Positions 1 through 10,819 of a stretch of 64,000 bases of DNA are shown here, piece by piece. The position numbers were made by a program, and so were the translations under genes. Under the pieces are notes generated by a model that searched no databases, was not told where the DNA came from, and saw only the letters and a program-made list of their open reading frames with translations. How positions within the stretch are numbered: the first letter of the stretch is position 1; the number at the start of each line of letters is the position of its first letter. The stretch is taken from NCBI RefSeq assembly GCF_006345805.1, contig NC_043019.1:992001-1056000 (forward strand), given 5' to 3'. The DNA comes from Octopus sinensis. Lineage: Eukaryota.

Positions 1-308
1 TTATATACATATATATATAAATCTATATATATATATACATATATATATTAAATATATATATATATATATATACAATTATCTATACATATATATATATATA
101 ACATATATATATATACTATATATACATATATATATAAATATATATATATTATACATATATATACAAATATATTATATATACATATATATATAAATATATA
201 TATATATATACATATATATTATAAATATATAGATATATATATAATATATATAAAATATATATATTATATATAAACATATATATAGCTATATACATATACA
301 CACCACAC

Positions 309-351
<43 letters not shown>
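1..351. repeat. Degenerate (TA)n microsatellite
   Basis: Near-pure TA dinucleotide with scattered CA; source of spurious I/Y-rich ORFs. Confidence 0.95.
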
Positions 352-353
<2 letters not shown>

Positions 354-864
354 GAGCGCCATACTAATACAATTGTCCGTTTGTATTCCACCTGCCTTCG
401 TCTTTTGTTTTTTTCATAAGCTTCCCGTTATATATATGTGTGTGTGTGTGTGTACATACATACATACATACATACATACACAAGATTCTGTATTTCTATG
501 TATATATTTCTCTATATATATACTATTCTTTGTTTTTGGCTTTGTTTTTCCTTTATTTTCGCATCAACAGAGCAACTGTCAGCTTGTATATCAAAACAGA
601 AATCAGTTTAAAGAAATTCTGTCAATGCTAATGAAACTAGAAGTTGAAGTCGTAGATTGAATCTATCACTATTCCTAGTTTCTCGCATTTTTAATGGGTT
701 TTTTTTTTTCATATCTTCATATTGATTTAGGAAAACGCAATTTCTCGCAGATTTAGCAGCAGCAGAAAAGTCATACACCTAACCTGTAATGTCAAAATTG
801 AGAAGATTTCATTTCGGGCATTGACCCCTACGATCTCCCTTGATGCTACTAATTCGCTTATCTT

Positions 865-1050
865 TTACTTTTTACAGTTATTGAAGTGCGGTGTTGCTGC
901 GGCACCACCTTCAAGGGATTTCGTCGAACAAGTCGAAAGGATATTTATTTTTTTAACTTGGTACTTGTATGGTACGCTTTTGCGAAACCCACTAAGTTAT
1001 GGGGACGTACATAAACAAGTACTGGATATCAACGCGTGGTAGGAGTCATA
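865..1050 (-). mobile_element. S1 SINE, degenerate 3' half
   Basis: Decayed reverse complement of the S1 tail (GCCGAACCGCTAAGTTACGGGGACGTAAAC-like segment), ending at a (CA)n tract. Confidence 0.7.
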
Positions 1051-1195
1051 ACACACACACACACATATTTACCTAGATAGATATATAATATGCATATATA
1101 CATTATAGACATAGACACAAACATATATATATATAGATATATATATAATATATATAATATATATATATATAATATGTGTTTGTGTGTGTGTGTGT

Positions 1196-1422
1196 GTGTG
1201 TTTATGAGCGAAACACCTAAGCTCCACGCGGTTCCCACAGAAGGTAATAGCGAACTCTCTGGACTCTTTCGCCACAAATTTCTCTCAATCTTTCCTCCTA
1301 CATCTTGCAGCTCACCTGTGACGGACCAGCGTCCCGTCCAGGTGGGAAACATACACGCCAAGAAACTGGGGAAACCGGTCCTTATGAGCCAGGCGAGGTT
1401 CGAGAAGGAACCAACAACAACA
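1196..1422 (+). mobile_element. S4 SINE, 5'-truncated
   Basis: TTTATGAGCGAAACACCTAAGCTCCACGCGG..CTCACCTGTGACGGACC..GAGAAGGAACCAAC matches copies at 22059, 54344 and 62529. Confidence 0.9.
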
Positions 1423-2178
1423 ATATATATATATATTATATATATACATATATATATATAATATACATATATATATTATATATATATATATATATATTAT
1501 ATATATGTATATGTTTTTGTGTATGTGTGTCATGTTTAGGACTCCATGCAGATTATTTTATTGCAGATTGCTCCAGTATCGCGGTTAGGTAACTACTATA
1601 TGTAGTATCATTAGTGGTTCTGAAATACAGACCACATGTAAGAGAAATTAATATAAATATAAGCTATTATTATTATTATTAATTATTTCCTACGAATGTT
1701 TTCCAGTTATGGCTGTTTTGAACCCGACATTTGGTGTTCCATGTCCCTCTAGAGGCTAAACCCAATTTAAATTAAAATAAAGTATAAGGGTCACTAACCT
1801 TAATGGTTTAATACAGATATAAATACTTGCTGTGGGGCGAACATATAAAATATAACAGCAAAATATAATGCCCTTTAATTAATTGAATATTTAGTTATCA
1901 AAAATATCGTGTACCCCCACAGACACGCGTTCCCTTAACGAAATTCACTGATACCTTCAGCATGACAAACAAAGAATGCGACAAAGCTGGCTCATTTTGA
2001 AATAGGGGTACTACTAATTTTTGCGAACTGAGTAGGCTGGAACAAAGTGAATAAAAAGGGTCCCCGGAAATTGAACTCGCGACCGTGAGCCGAATGCCCT
2101 AGCCACTAAGACACGCGCCTTCACAAAAATATGTATTCAGTAACAAAAGAAAAGCTATAAATAATAACTGTCTCTAAA

Positions 2179-2624
2179 GGCGCAGGAGTGGCTGTGTGGT
2201 AAGTAGCTTGTTTACCAACCACATGGTTCCGGGTTCAGTCCCACTGCGTGGCACCTTGGGCAAGTGTCTTCTACTATAGCCTCGGGCCGACCAAAGCCTT
2301 CTGAGTGGATTTGCTAGACAGAAACTGAAAGAAGGCCGTTGTATATATGTATATAATATATTATATATATATCTATATATATATATTTGTGTTGCGTGTA
2401 TGTTTGTGTGTCTGTGTTTGTCCCCCCCCCCCTAGCATTGCTTGACAACCGATGCTGGTGTGTTTATGTCCCCGTCACTTAGCGGTTCGGCAAAAGAGTC
2501 CGATAGAATAAGTACTGGGCTTACAAAAGAATAAGTCCCGGGGTCGAGTTGCTCGATTAAAGGCGGTGCTCCAGCATGGCCGCAGTCAAATGACTGAAAC
2601 AAGTAAAATAGTAAAGAGAGTAAA
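2179..2624 (+). mobile_element. S1 tRNA-derived CORE-like SINE, full length
   Basis: A box TGGCTGTGTGG, B box GGTTCAGTCC, CCTTGGGCAAGT core, internal (TA)/(TG) tract, 3' hairpin CAGTC-AAAT-GACTG, AAAGAGT tail. Confidence 0.95.
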
Positions 2625-2888
2625 CTGCTTAGCGCTTGTCTAAAAACATGTACCACCAATCATTCAGTTAAACAAGCAAAGAAAGTTTTTATGTAGAAGA
2701 GTTCAGCTTCAGGAGAGGCGGAAGTATAAGGAGTGGGATTCAGTAACGTTACTTATCTCTTAACATATACTAACAAAATAGTTGTGTGGATATAACTCTG
2801 ATGACATGACTCGGCCACTTCTTATGAGTCTCTGGTGTATAGTTACAAGTGTATTCCCATTCAGGTAATATTTATATATTTGCAAACT

Positions 2889-3110
2889 CTTTACTCTTTT
2901 ACTCTTTTATTTGTTTCAGTCATTTGACTGTGGCCATGCTGGAGCACCGCCTTTAGTCGAGCAAATCGACCCCAGGACTTATTCTTTGTAAGCCTAGTAC
3001 TTATTATATCGGTCTCTTTTGCCGAACCGCTAAATTACGGGAACGTAAACACACCAGCGTCGGTTGTCAAGTGATGTTGGGGGGACAAACACAGACACAC
3101 AAACATATAC
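2889..3110 (-). mobile_element. S1 SINE 3' half (its 5' half is at 4195-4357)
   Basis: Reverse complement of the S1 tail. Same orientation as the 5' half 1.1 kb away, so the copy is split at its internal microsatellite. Confidence 0.85.
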
Positions 3111-3929
3111 ACACACATACATGTTCCTGTATGTGTGTGGCTGAGTGTATGTATCTGCTGAATTTGTTACTCCTCTGTGTTGGAGTGTTGCGGTGGGAGT
3201 GCGGTTGTGTGCGAGTGATTGTGTGTGTGAGTGTGTGGATGTGCATTGTTTATGTGTAGAAATGATGTTTTCCTTTGGGTGTTTATGTATGTGTGAATGT
3301 GTGCGTGTGTGTGTGTTTGTTTGCGTATATGTGGTATTTGGAATATGTGTGTGTGTGTGTTTGCTTTAAGTATCTATGTATGGCTGTTGTATATATGTGG
3401 TATATGGTATTTGGTAGTTTCTTGCTAAGAATGAAATGTTTATGTGGGTTGTTGTTGAGTATCTGCGGCTGCTGGATGTGGTGTTTCCTCTGTGTTGTTG
3501 TCTGTGTTTATGAATGAGGGTTGTATGTGTATGTGTGGGAGTATGAATAAGTAATGTGTAGAAGTATACGGCTACTTTATTAATTTATCGTTGCCTAGAT
3601 GTTTATGTGTATGTATAGATATATATATATATGGGTGTGTGAGTTAGTGTATGTACTTAGATATGTTTATATATATACTTAGATATATGGGTATGAGCAT
3701 GTGTGCATATATATTTTAATTTTTGCTTTCTGCTTTTTGAAATTAGATTCTTCATATTTAAATATGAGAACTTAAATACTAGGTTTCATTATATTCAATT
3801 GTTTATAGAGGTTATTTTAGTTCTTGATTATATATAGATTATATATATTTTTTTCATTGATAAATTTATATTATTTATATTTTTTAGTCATTTTAAATTT
3901 ATATCTTAAAATATTGATTATTTTTAGAT

Positions 3930-4158
3930 CTGAATACCACCTGATGAATGTCCTTAGAAGAGACACGAAACAATTGTAGTGGCGAATTTAATTTTATTTA
4001 ATTTATATAAAATTTTTTATGTATTGGATTAAGTCTTTCTTTGTTTGATTTGCATAATAGTGGCTTTGTCTCTAATTAATATTATATAATATTTTACTAT
4101 AAAATTGGATTCAATCCTAAATCTGATTTTTCCCTGTAAATTTGGATTTATTCCCTAA

Positions 4159-4168
<10 letters not shown>
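3930..4168 (+). mobile_element. Short Penelope-like remnant, family alpha, ending at (TA)n
   Basis: About 130 nt homologous to 31370-31497 (TATGTATTGGATTAAGT..GTTTGATTTGC..TAATAGTGG..TTTGTCTCTAATT), starting with a hammerhead motif. PLE assignment is inferred from the ribozyme type. Confidence 0.65.
3937..3982 (+). ncRNA. Minimal type I hammerhead ribozyme
   Basis: CCAC-CTGATGA-aTGTC(cttagaaga)GACAc-GAAA-CAATTG-TA-GTGG. Helix I CCAC/GTGG, full core, palindromic helix III, GUA cleavage triplet; 10.1-11.1 is an A.C mismatch in this copy. Confidence 0.8.
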
Positions 4169-4194
<26 letters not shown>

Positions 4195-4357
4195 CGACGG
4201 GCTTCTTTCAGTTTCCATCTACCAAATCCACTCACATGGCTTTATCGGCCTGAGGCTATAGTAGAAGACACTTGTCCAAGGTGCCACGCAGTGGGACTAA
4301 ACCTGGAACCCTGTGGTTCGTAAGCAAGTTACTTACCACACAACCACTCCTACGCCT
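4195..4357 (-). mobile_element. S1 SINE 5' half
   Basis: Reverse complement of S1 head and core (GACGGGCTTCTTTCAGTTTCC..ACTTACCACACAACCACTCC). Confidence 0.9.
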
Positions 4358-5535
4358 ACGTATGTATATATATATGTAAGATTCTGTGTGAGTATATGTG
4401 TATATGCGTGCGTAAATATATGATATTTATTATAGAAGTTACACTCTCACACACGCACATGCACATACATTCAGTAAAGACCTTGGACGCTGTTTATATA
4501 TCCGCTTCCGTGCGTCTCGGGTGTCTGTCTACCTCTGCATCTGTGTTTATATTTACTAGCGTTGTAACAAAAAGCAAACTTTAGCGATTCAATACATACA
4601 AATAGTTCATATAACTAGTATAATCGGTGATCGATGTGATCGATTTAAAACAATACACGGGATGGTACTTGTGCGCCAGAGTAGACGCAATTCTACGACT
4701 GAAACAAATAATTGAATAAAAGTTTTGCCACTTACGCGGCCATTTCAATCCCTTTTGTCAAGTGAGTAAATTGTTAAAACTTTCAAGATGTGTGCATAAC
4801 GTACACTAAATTTATTCACTTGAAACTATACCTGTCAGCACTGAAACTTATTTCTAAACAGAAGATACTTTATAAGTTTCACCTTTTGCAGTGAAATAAA
4901 ACCTGACGCATTTATTAAACAGATTTATCGCTGATTACGTTCAGCTTAACTTAGTATATTTCAGGAACTTCTCCAGAATTTCTGCAGACATTCTGGCTCT
5001 TCGTTGCATATAATACAACAAATTTGTTTTGACTTAAACTAATATATATCTAAACCTTTGCTTCAACTGTTATTAGAAGCAATATTTACGTAAAATTTAG
5101 AGAAATATGCATTGGATTTGACAGAAAGTGATTATAAATTTCACTGAGTTAAGAAAAAATTACATTAGCAAGTTTATGCTGATACAGAGTACAGATATAT
5201 TTCTATACACTAAATATTTATGATTTATATTTCTCTACGCTTTTCATCTGTCTGGAGCCCATAAAATCAACATTTGTACTAAATAAAGAGCGATGTAATG
5301 AAAACACCCTCAGGTGAGAGTTTATTGCTAACATATAGCATGTGGTATATTGTTCCTATTAGCTTTGAAGTGTCCATATAGTCGGGTAGAGATATACGCT
5401 GACTACTCGGGCCGCCTCACTCCTTGCCCAGTAGAACGTGCAGATTTATGACAAATGGAGAGAGTGAGAAGGCGACAGCAGGAACTGATGAATAATAACT
5501 ACATCTGAGTAGAGTGGAGCAATATAAAAATATAT

Positions 5536-6004
5536 GGCTCTTTTCGGTTTGACCGGCAGTTTTTTTTTTTAAATAATTTCCACGTAACTAAACACTTTTA
5601 AACTTCGTATACTGGTAGAATGTGTTTATAAAACATCTTTTTCTCTTGGCTTTATTGAGAAAATTCTATAGTTTGTAAGATATTTGTTGTTTTCTTTTCT
5701 TCAATTTCTGCAATTCCAACCAATCAATGACGTCTATTGAAGTAAAAAAACATTCTGTGCCGCATGAATATGTCCCTCGTTTAAGAAATAGATTGGGTTT
5801 ATTTACATTTCTGAAGAAAAAAAAAAGATACCCTTCCCACCACCCCTAACCCTAACTAACACTTACTAACCCTAGCTAACCCTAACTGTAACCCTAACCC
5901 TAAAACAGATTGAAATGCAATAGATCGATACTGGGGTTATAATTATGGGTGACAATTTCATATGACACCGCTAGAAAAAACTGCCTTTCAAACCGAAAAG
6001 ATCC
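5536..6004. mobile_element. MITE with 30-bp TIRs and 8-bp TSD (Merlin- or hAT-type)
   Basis: Left GGCTCTTTTCGGTTTGACCGGCAGTTTTTT versus reverse complement of right end GGATCTTTTCGGTTTGAAAGGCAGTTTTTT. AAATATAT at both 5528-5535 and 6005-6012. Internal CCCTAA repeats. Confidence 0.85.
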
Positions 6005-6061
6005 AAATATATTCCTTGCTCAAGGGTATCATGTGTCTCTCAGTTCAGGAGTTGACTTTAT

Positions 6062-6165
6062 CATCATGAGTCAAACAACTAGATGAACATCATGAGTCGA
6101 ACCTCTAGACGAAATTCGTGAGTCGAATATGTAACCGGACATTATGAGTCGAACTTTGTCGCTTA
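6062..6165. repeat. Four degenerate ~26-bp tandem units with TGAGTC(G/A)AA core
   Basis: catcatgagtcaaac.., catcatgagtcgaac.., attcgtgagtcgaat.., cattatgagtcgaac.. Confidence 0.7.
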
Positions 6166-6613
6166 ATTTCCTACAACAGATTTTCATTGCAAATGACGAG
6201 GAATATTAAGTCGTAAGCTTGGCCAGATTTGTGTCTCCTTTTCACCAACATGTAATATTTTTTCCATAATTTCGAGGAAATAATAATTCTCACTGTCTCA
6301 AAGCCGTTCTCTCATCACCTCATAAATTTTTGTAATTAATTTACCAATATTCACTGCATTAACTATGCTGACGCTAGCTGATATATTGACTATACACTGA
6401 CTAATACAAAATATAACCTTTTATTTAATATTATTATCCCTGATGCTGGAGATATGAATGTACAATGCTACTCTATTTACTTGTTTCAGACATTTGACTG
6501 CGGCCACAGTAGAAGCTCGAGGCTATTAGTAGAGGCCGAAGCTATAGTTGACTGAACCCGGAACCATGTAGTTGAGATGCAAGCATCTTACCACTCAGCT
6601 ACGTCTGCCCGTA

Positions 6614-7009
6614 TACTCTTTTACTTGGTTCAGTCATTTGACTGTCGGCATGCTGGAGCACCGCTTTTAGTCGAGCAAATCTACCCAAGGAATTATTCTT
6701 TGTAAGCCTAGTACTTATTCTATCGCTCTGTTTTGCCGAACCGCTAAGTTACGGGGACGTAAAAACACCAGCATCGGTTGTCAAGCCATGTTGTGGGGGC
6801 AAACACAGACACACAAACATATACACGCACGAACATATATATATACATATATATGACGGGCTTCTTTCAGTTTCCGCCTACCAAATCCACTCACAAGGCT
6901 TTGGTCGACCCGAAGCTATAGTAGAATAGTTGCCAAAGGGGCCACGCAGCGGAACTGAACCCGGAACCGTGTGGTTGGTAAGCAAGCTACTTACCACACA
7001 GCTACTCCT
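6614..7009 (-). mobile_element. S1 SINE, near full length
   Basis: Reverse complement of head, core, internal microsatellite and tail. Confidence 0.92.
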
Positions 7010-8409
7010 ACTGTGAAACCTTCCTAACAAAATTGTGTGCTGATTCCCCCAAATTACCCACATTGGGTAAAGAAGGACAGGAAGTGAGTCGTCCAATTGC
7101 CACGTAGCCTGGAAAAAAACAGACGCAAATATTTCACAAATTCCACCCTCCATGCTGATAAATAAATTTATATTGACTAAATTGACTAGAATGCCTTAGT
7201 TCATAGATCTGTCCGATCAAAGCTGACAACAATAGCAACAGCATCAGTAGTTTTAATCTAAGAACATTAAAGAAACCTTGCATAGCACACAATCAATCAA
7301 TAAACAAGCCGATAATTAAAATATATCAATACATAATTTGGGTAAGGGAACATATCTTCGGAATTGCTACCGTGCAAACCAAAATGCTAAGTGGTATTTC
7401 TTTTGTCTCTTTATGTTTTGGTTTCACAAGGCACCGAAGTTAACTTTGTCTCTCAGCCCTCCTGGGTCGATAAAATAACGCACCAGTCGACGTAATCGGT
7501 TTCCTCCTCACCTAAAAACATTTGTTCGATTCATACTAAAATCATGTTGGGAGTATCTGTGAAGTGTCGGATATCTAAGGATTTTGCCTCTCAGAGGTCA
7601 CTAAATATATATATATTCAACTAAAAGTACCTTAGAGGGAAATCTAGGAAGGCCAACAAATGAATGTACGGTAATACTCTTCTCTATACGCTACTGCTTT
7701 TGACTAAGTGAAAATCAAGTTAATACAACTTGCCATATTTATCGTAGTAGAATGTAAACAGTCTGTGGAAATTTCGCCCAATACTTTAACAATTCTTCCA
7801 CCCTGAGTTAAAGAACAACAACAAATACAACAAGGGTTTTTGTTTAAACCATTACAAGAATATGAAAGCACACATAATGATATTTTATTTTATCGTTTTA
7901 CGTAGCAAGTCTCATGTCAGAGAAATCAAGTTTGATTCTATCTCTTGGGCTTGTTGAAATAAAGCTAAGTTTATGTAATGACGGCCATAAAATGGGTATT
8001 AGTAATATAATGGGAGTCAGTAAATTGAAGACCAGTATTACACTGGCTTGAACGAAGTAACGCTCATTAATATACTAACGTAGATGAAATAAGAATCAAA
8101 ATATACTAGCTTGGCTAACATGAGGATCTTCTTCGATGAAATGAGAATGGAAAGTGGTCTTACATAGATAACAAGAGGCTAAAATCTATACTAGATAAGA
8201 TGATAATTAAAATATGTTAGCAGAGATAAAATGATGATAAAATGTGTACTAAGCTGGGTGGAATTAAAACTGAAAATAAACTGGCCAAGATTACATTAGG
8301 ATTAAAATATTCTGAAGTCGGTGGAATGAAAGACATACGAAGGTGATAGAATTGGGATTGCTCGTATTGTGATAATGGTGAAATTAGAGTTGGGAATGTA
8401 TTGGTTTCG

Positions 8410-8610
8410 ACTTCTGGCACAGGGCCAGCAAATTCCGGGGAGAGAGTAGGTCGATTACATCGACCCCAGTGCTCAATTGGAATGTATTTTATAGAGCCCG
8501 AAAGGAGGAAAGGCAAAGTCGACTTCGGTGGCATCTGAACTCAGACTGTTTATACAATGACGGAGAAAATAATGTTTAGTATTTTGCCCGGCGTGCTAAC
8601 GATTCTACCA
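8410..8610. mobile_element. S2 SINE fragments (tail-B variant on minus, plus a short head piece on plus)
   Basis: GTCGATTACATCGACCCCAGTG..CGAAAGGAGGAAAGGCAAAGTCGAC; then TTTTGCCCGGCGTGCTAACGATTCT. Confidence 0.75.
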
Positions 8611-8644
8611 CCTCGTCGCTGTAGGGATATATATATATATATAT

Positions 8645-8872
8645 ATTTTTTTTTTTTGTACTTGTTTCAGTCATTTGACTGCGGCCATGCTGGAGCACCG
8701 CCTTTTAGAGTGGTGAAAGAGTACAGCAGGGATCACCACCATCCCCTGCCTGAACCTCGTGGAGCTTTTAGGTGTTTTCGCTCAATAAACACACACAACG
8801 CCCGGTCTGGGAATCGAAACCGCGATCCTCCGACCGCAAGTCCGCTGCCCTAACCACTGGGCCATTGCGCCT
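8645..8872 (-). mobile_element. S3 5' part fused to an S1 3' end
   Basis: CTTGTTTCAGTCATTTGACTGCGGCCATGCTGGAGCACCGCC joins directly to GTGGTGAAAGAGTACAGCAGG..CCATTGCGCC. Confidence 0.85.
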
Positions 8873-8874
8873 AT

Positions 8875-9170
8875 ACAAGAAAAAAGCAACAAGAATGGAT
8901 TAGTTTTTCAGTACAATTGTTTCATACGAAGACCAGCTTTATTAAAACTGCAAATATTGCAGCAAATACAAGTGTCCCGTACTTTTAATAAAGCTGGTCT
9001 TCGTATGAAGCAATTGTACTGAAAAACCAATCTATTCTTGTTGCTTTTTTCTTGTTTATAATCACCCACATTATCGTATGGTTAATACCATATAGTTTTC
9101 TGGTGCATCTAAGTTAAGTACCGCATTCAAGTGAATTCAATAGAACTCACTTGAATCTTAATTGCTTTTA
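8875..9170. mobile_element. Fold-back element (about 73-bp arms) carrying the 3' half of a hammerhead, ending at (TA)n
   Basis: Arms 8875-8947 and 8983-9055. Each arm contains TTCGTAT-GAA(A/G)-CAATTG-TA-CTG. Confidence 0.8.
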
Positions 9171-9216
9171 CTATATATATATATATATTATATATATATA
9201 TATGTGTGTGTGTGTG

Positions 9217-9270
<54 letters not shown>

Positions 9271-9715
9271 AATGTGTGTATATTTACGTGTGTGTTCGAA
9301 ATTAATTATTTCATAAGCTCTTAATTAAATGCCATTTTAAATCTCCATAGGCATGTCTGGATAGCGACAATATATGCTATTTCATAAGTATAAAGGGTAT
9401 GTAAATGTGTATTCGTGTCTGTACACACACTGACATATTTTCTATAAATATATCATTCTGAGGTGAGTAAAGTAAGTCTTTCACAAAGAATAATATGTCT
9501 GGTATTTAATTTCCTTTAGACTTGTTCTACTATATATATATATTTAACATTAAGGTGCTCGCACCACCGGGATCTCTTAAAATATCAATAGAATATGTAC
9601 ATGATAGATTATGGTGTCCGACACGATCTATATCAACATCCTATGTGCATCTACGAATACGAGTTAAATAACTAGGATAAAAGTAAGTCATCTTTTATAT
9701 TTTACTTATTTTAGT

Positions 9716-9870
9716 TGTTGGGTTGCGACCATGATGGAGCATTTCCTTGAAGGGGCTAGTCGAAGAAACTAACTTTGGCACTTAGTCCGACACACACTTT
9801 TGCCGAACAGGTAAGCGACGGTAAACAAAGCAATACCGGTTGTCAACTGGTGGTGGTGCGACAAACGCAT
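9716..9870 (-). mobile_element. S1-like 3' half, highly degenerate
   Basis: GCGACCATGATGGAGCA..TTTTGCCGAACAGGTAAG..CGGTTGTCAA resembles the reverse complement of the S1 tail. Confidence 0.6.
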
Positions 9871-10017
9871 CCAAAGTCGCACACTCAAATACATACGTAC
9901 AGACGCATACGAACACACACGCACATCATGCATATATACGTACATACATGCATGCAATCATGCATACATACATACATATATATATATATGTATGTATACG
10001 TATTATATATATATTAT

Positions 10018-10057
<40 letters not shown>

Positions 10058-10059
<2 letters not shown>

Positions 10060-10322
10060 ATTGCAGCGTGGAAGGTGTTTATAAGCCATTTAAGAAACAC
10101 ACAAAAGCCGTTCGATTCACTTCAACATTTAAGTTTAATTTGTCAAAATATTTTCGTCTCTAAAATCCGCGACCAGTTCACTGACAAAAATCCGTGGAAG
10201 TGAATCGAACGGCTTTTGTGTGTTTCTTAAATGGCTTATAACACCTTCCACGTTGCAATTGTTTTCGTTTCAGTACACGATCTCAGATCAAGTTACTTGC
10301 TATGCGATACATCTCTCCGTAA
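10058..10322. mobile_element. Fold-back element (about 65-bp arms) in (TA)n, family gamma
   Basis: Arms 10058-10123 and 10197-10261 are near-perfect inverted repeats; the loop holds a hammerhead-like motif; (TA)n on both sides. Confidence 0.85.
10139..10188 (-). ncRNA. Variant minimal hammerhead ribozyme with G3:C8 core
   Basis: Minus strand TTTGTCA-GTGAACT-G-GTCGC(ggatttta)GAGAC-GAA-AATATT-T-TGACAAA. 7-bp helix I, 4/5-bp helix II, palindromic helix III; U at position 9. Confidence 0.6.
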
Positions 10323-10819
10323 TTATATATATATATATATATAATATATATATATATTATATATATATATTATATATAGATACATACATACATACATATA
10401 TACATAGGTAAATAGGCAGACAGATACACACACACACACACTTATATATATATATATATATTATATATACATATATGTATATGTGTATGCATCTATCTAT
10501 CTATCTATCTATCTACCTATCTATCTATCTACCTATCTATCTATCTATACATGCATATTGTGTGTGTGTGTGTATGTGTTAGTGTGTGTATGTGTTAGTG
10601 TGTTTTTATGCCTTATAAATTTATGTATTATAAATTTCCGTTTAGAAATTTGCGTTTTTCGGAAGAAAGTTGTAACAACGCATGTGGAACTTCAGATGCT
10701 TAAAATTGAAATGGAAACTACCATTTCTAAAAGATCCCCATCTGTCATGCATATGTAAATAATAGAAGAATGCTAATCATATTTTAATATTATATTTCGC
10801 TGCTCTAAATTGGAAAGGT

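Noticed and set aside
2797-2830. CTGATGA followed by a GACTC/GAGTC hairpin
   Set aside because: No GAAA or helix III; CTGATGA at about 41875 and 57885 (minus) fails for the same reason.
4729-4743. Minus-strand ATG GCC GC|GTAAGT as a first coding exon
   Set aside because: Phase-compatible downstream acceptors (about 1620 and 785) lead to stops within 25 codons.
9351-9396. Isolated micro-exon candidates (9351-9396 ACLDSDNICYFISIK; 63331-63359 IIVKDNRFP; MYGDKHYEKK near 50860-50889)
   Set aside because: Good splice sites but no phase-consistent partners or homology; expected by chance in 64 kb.
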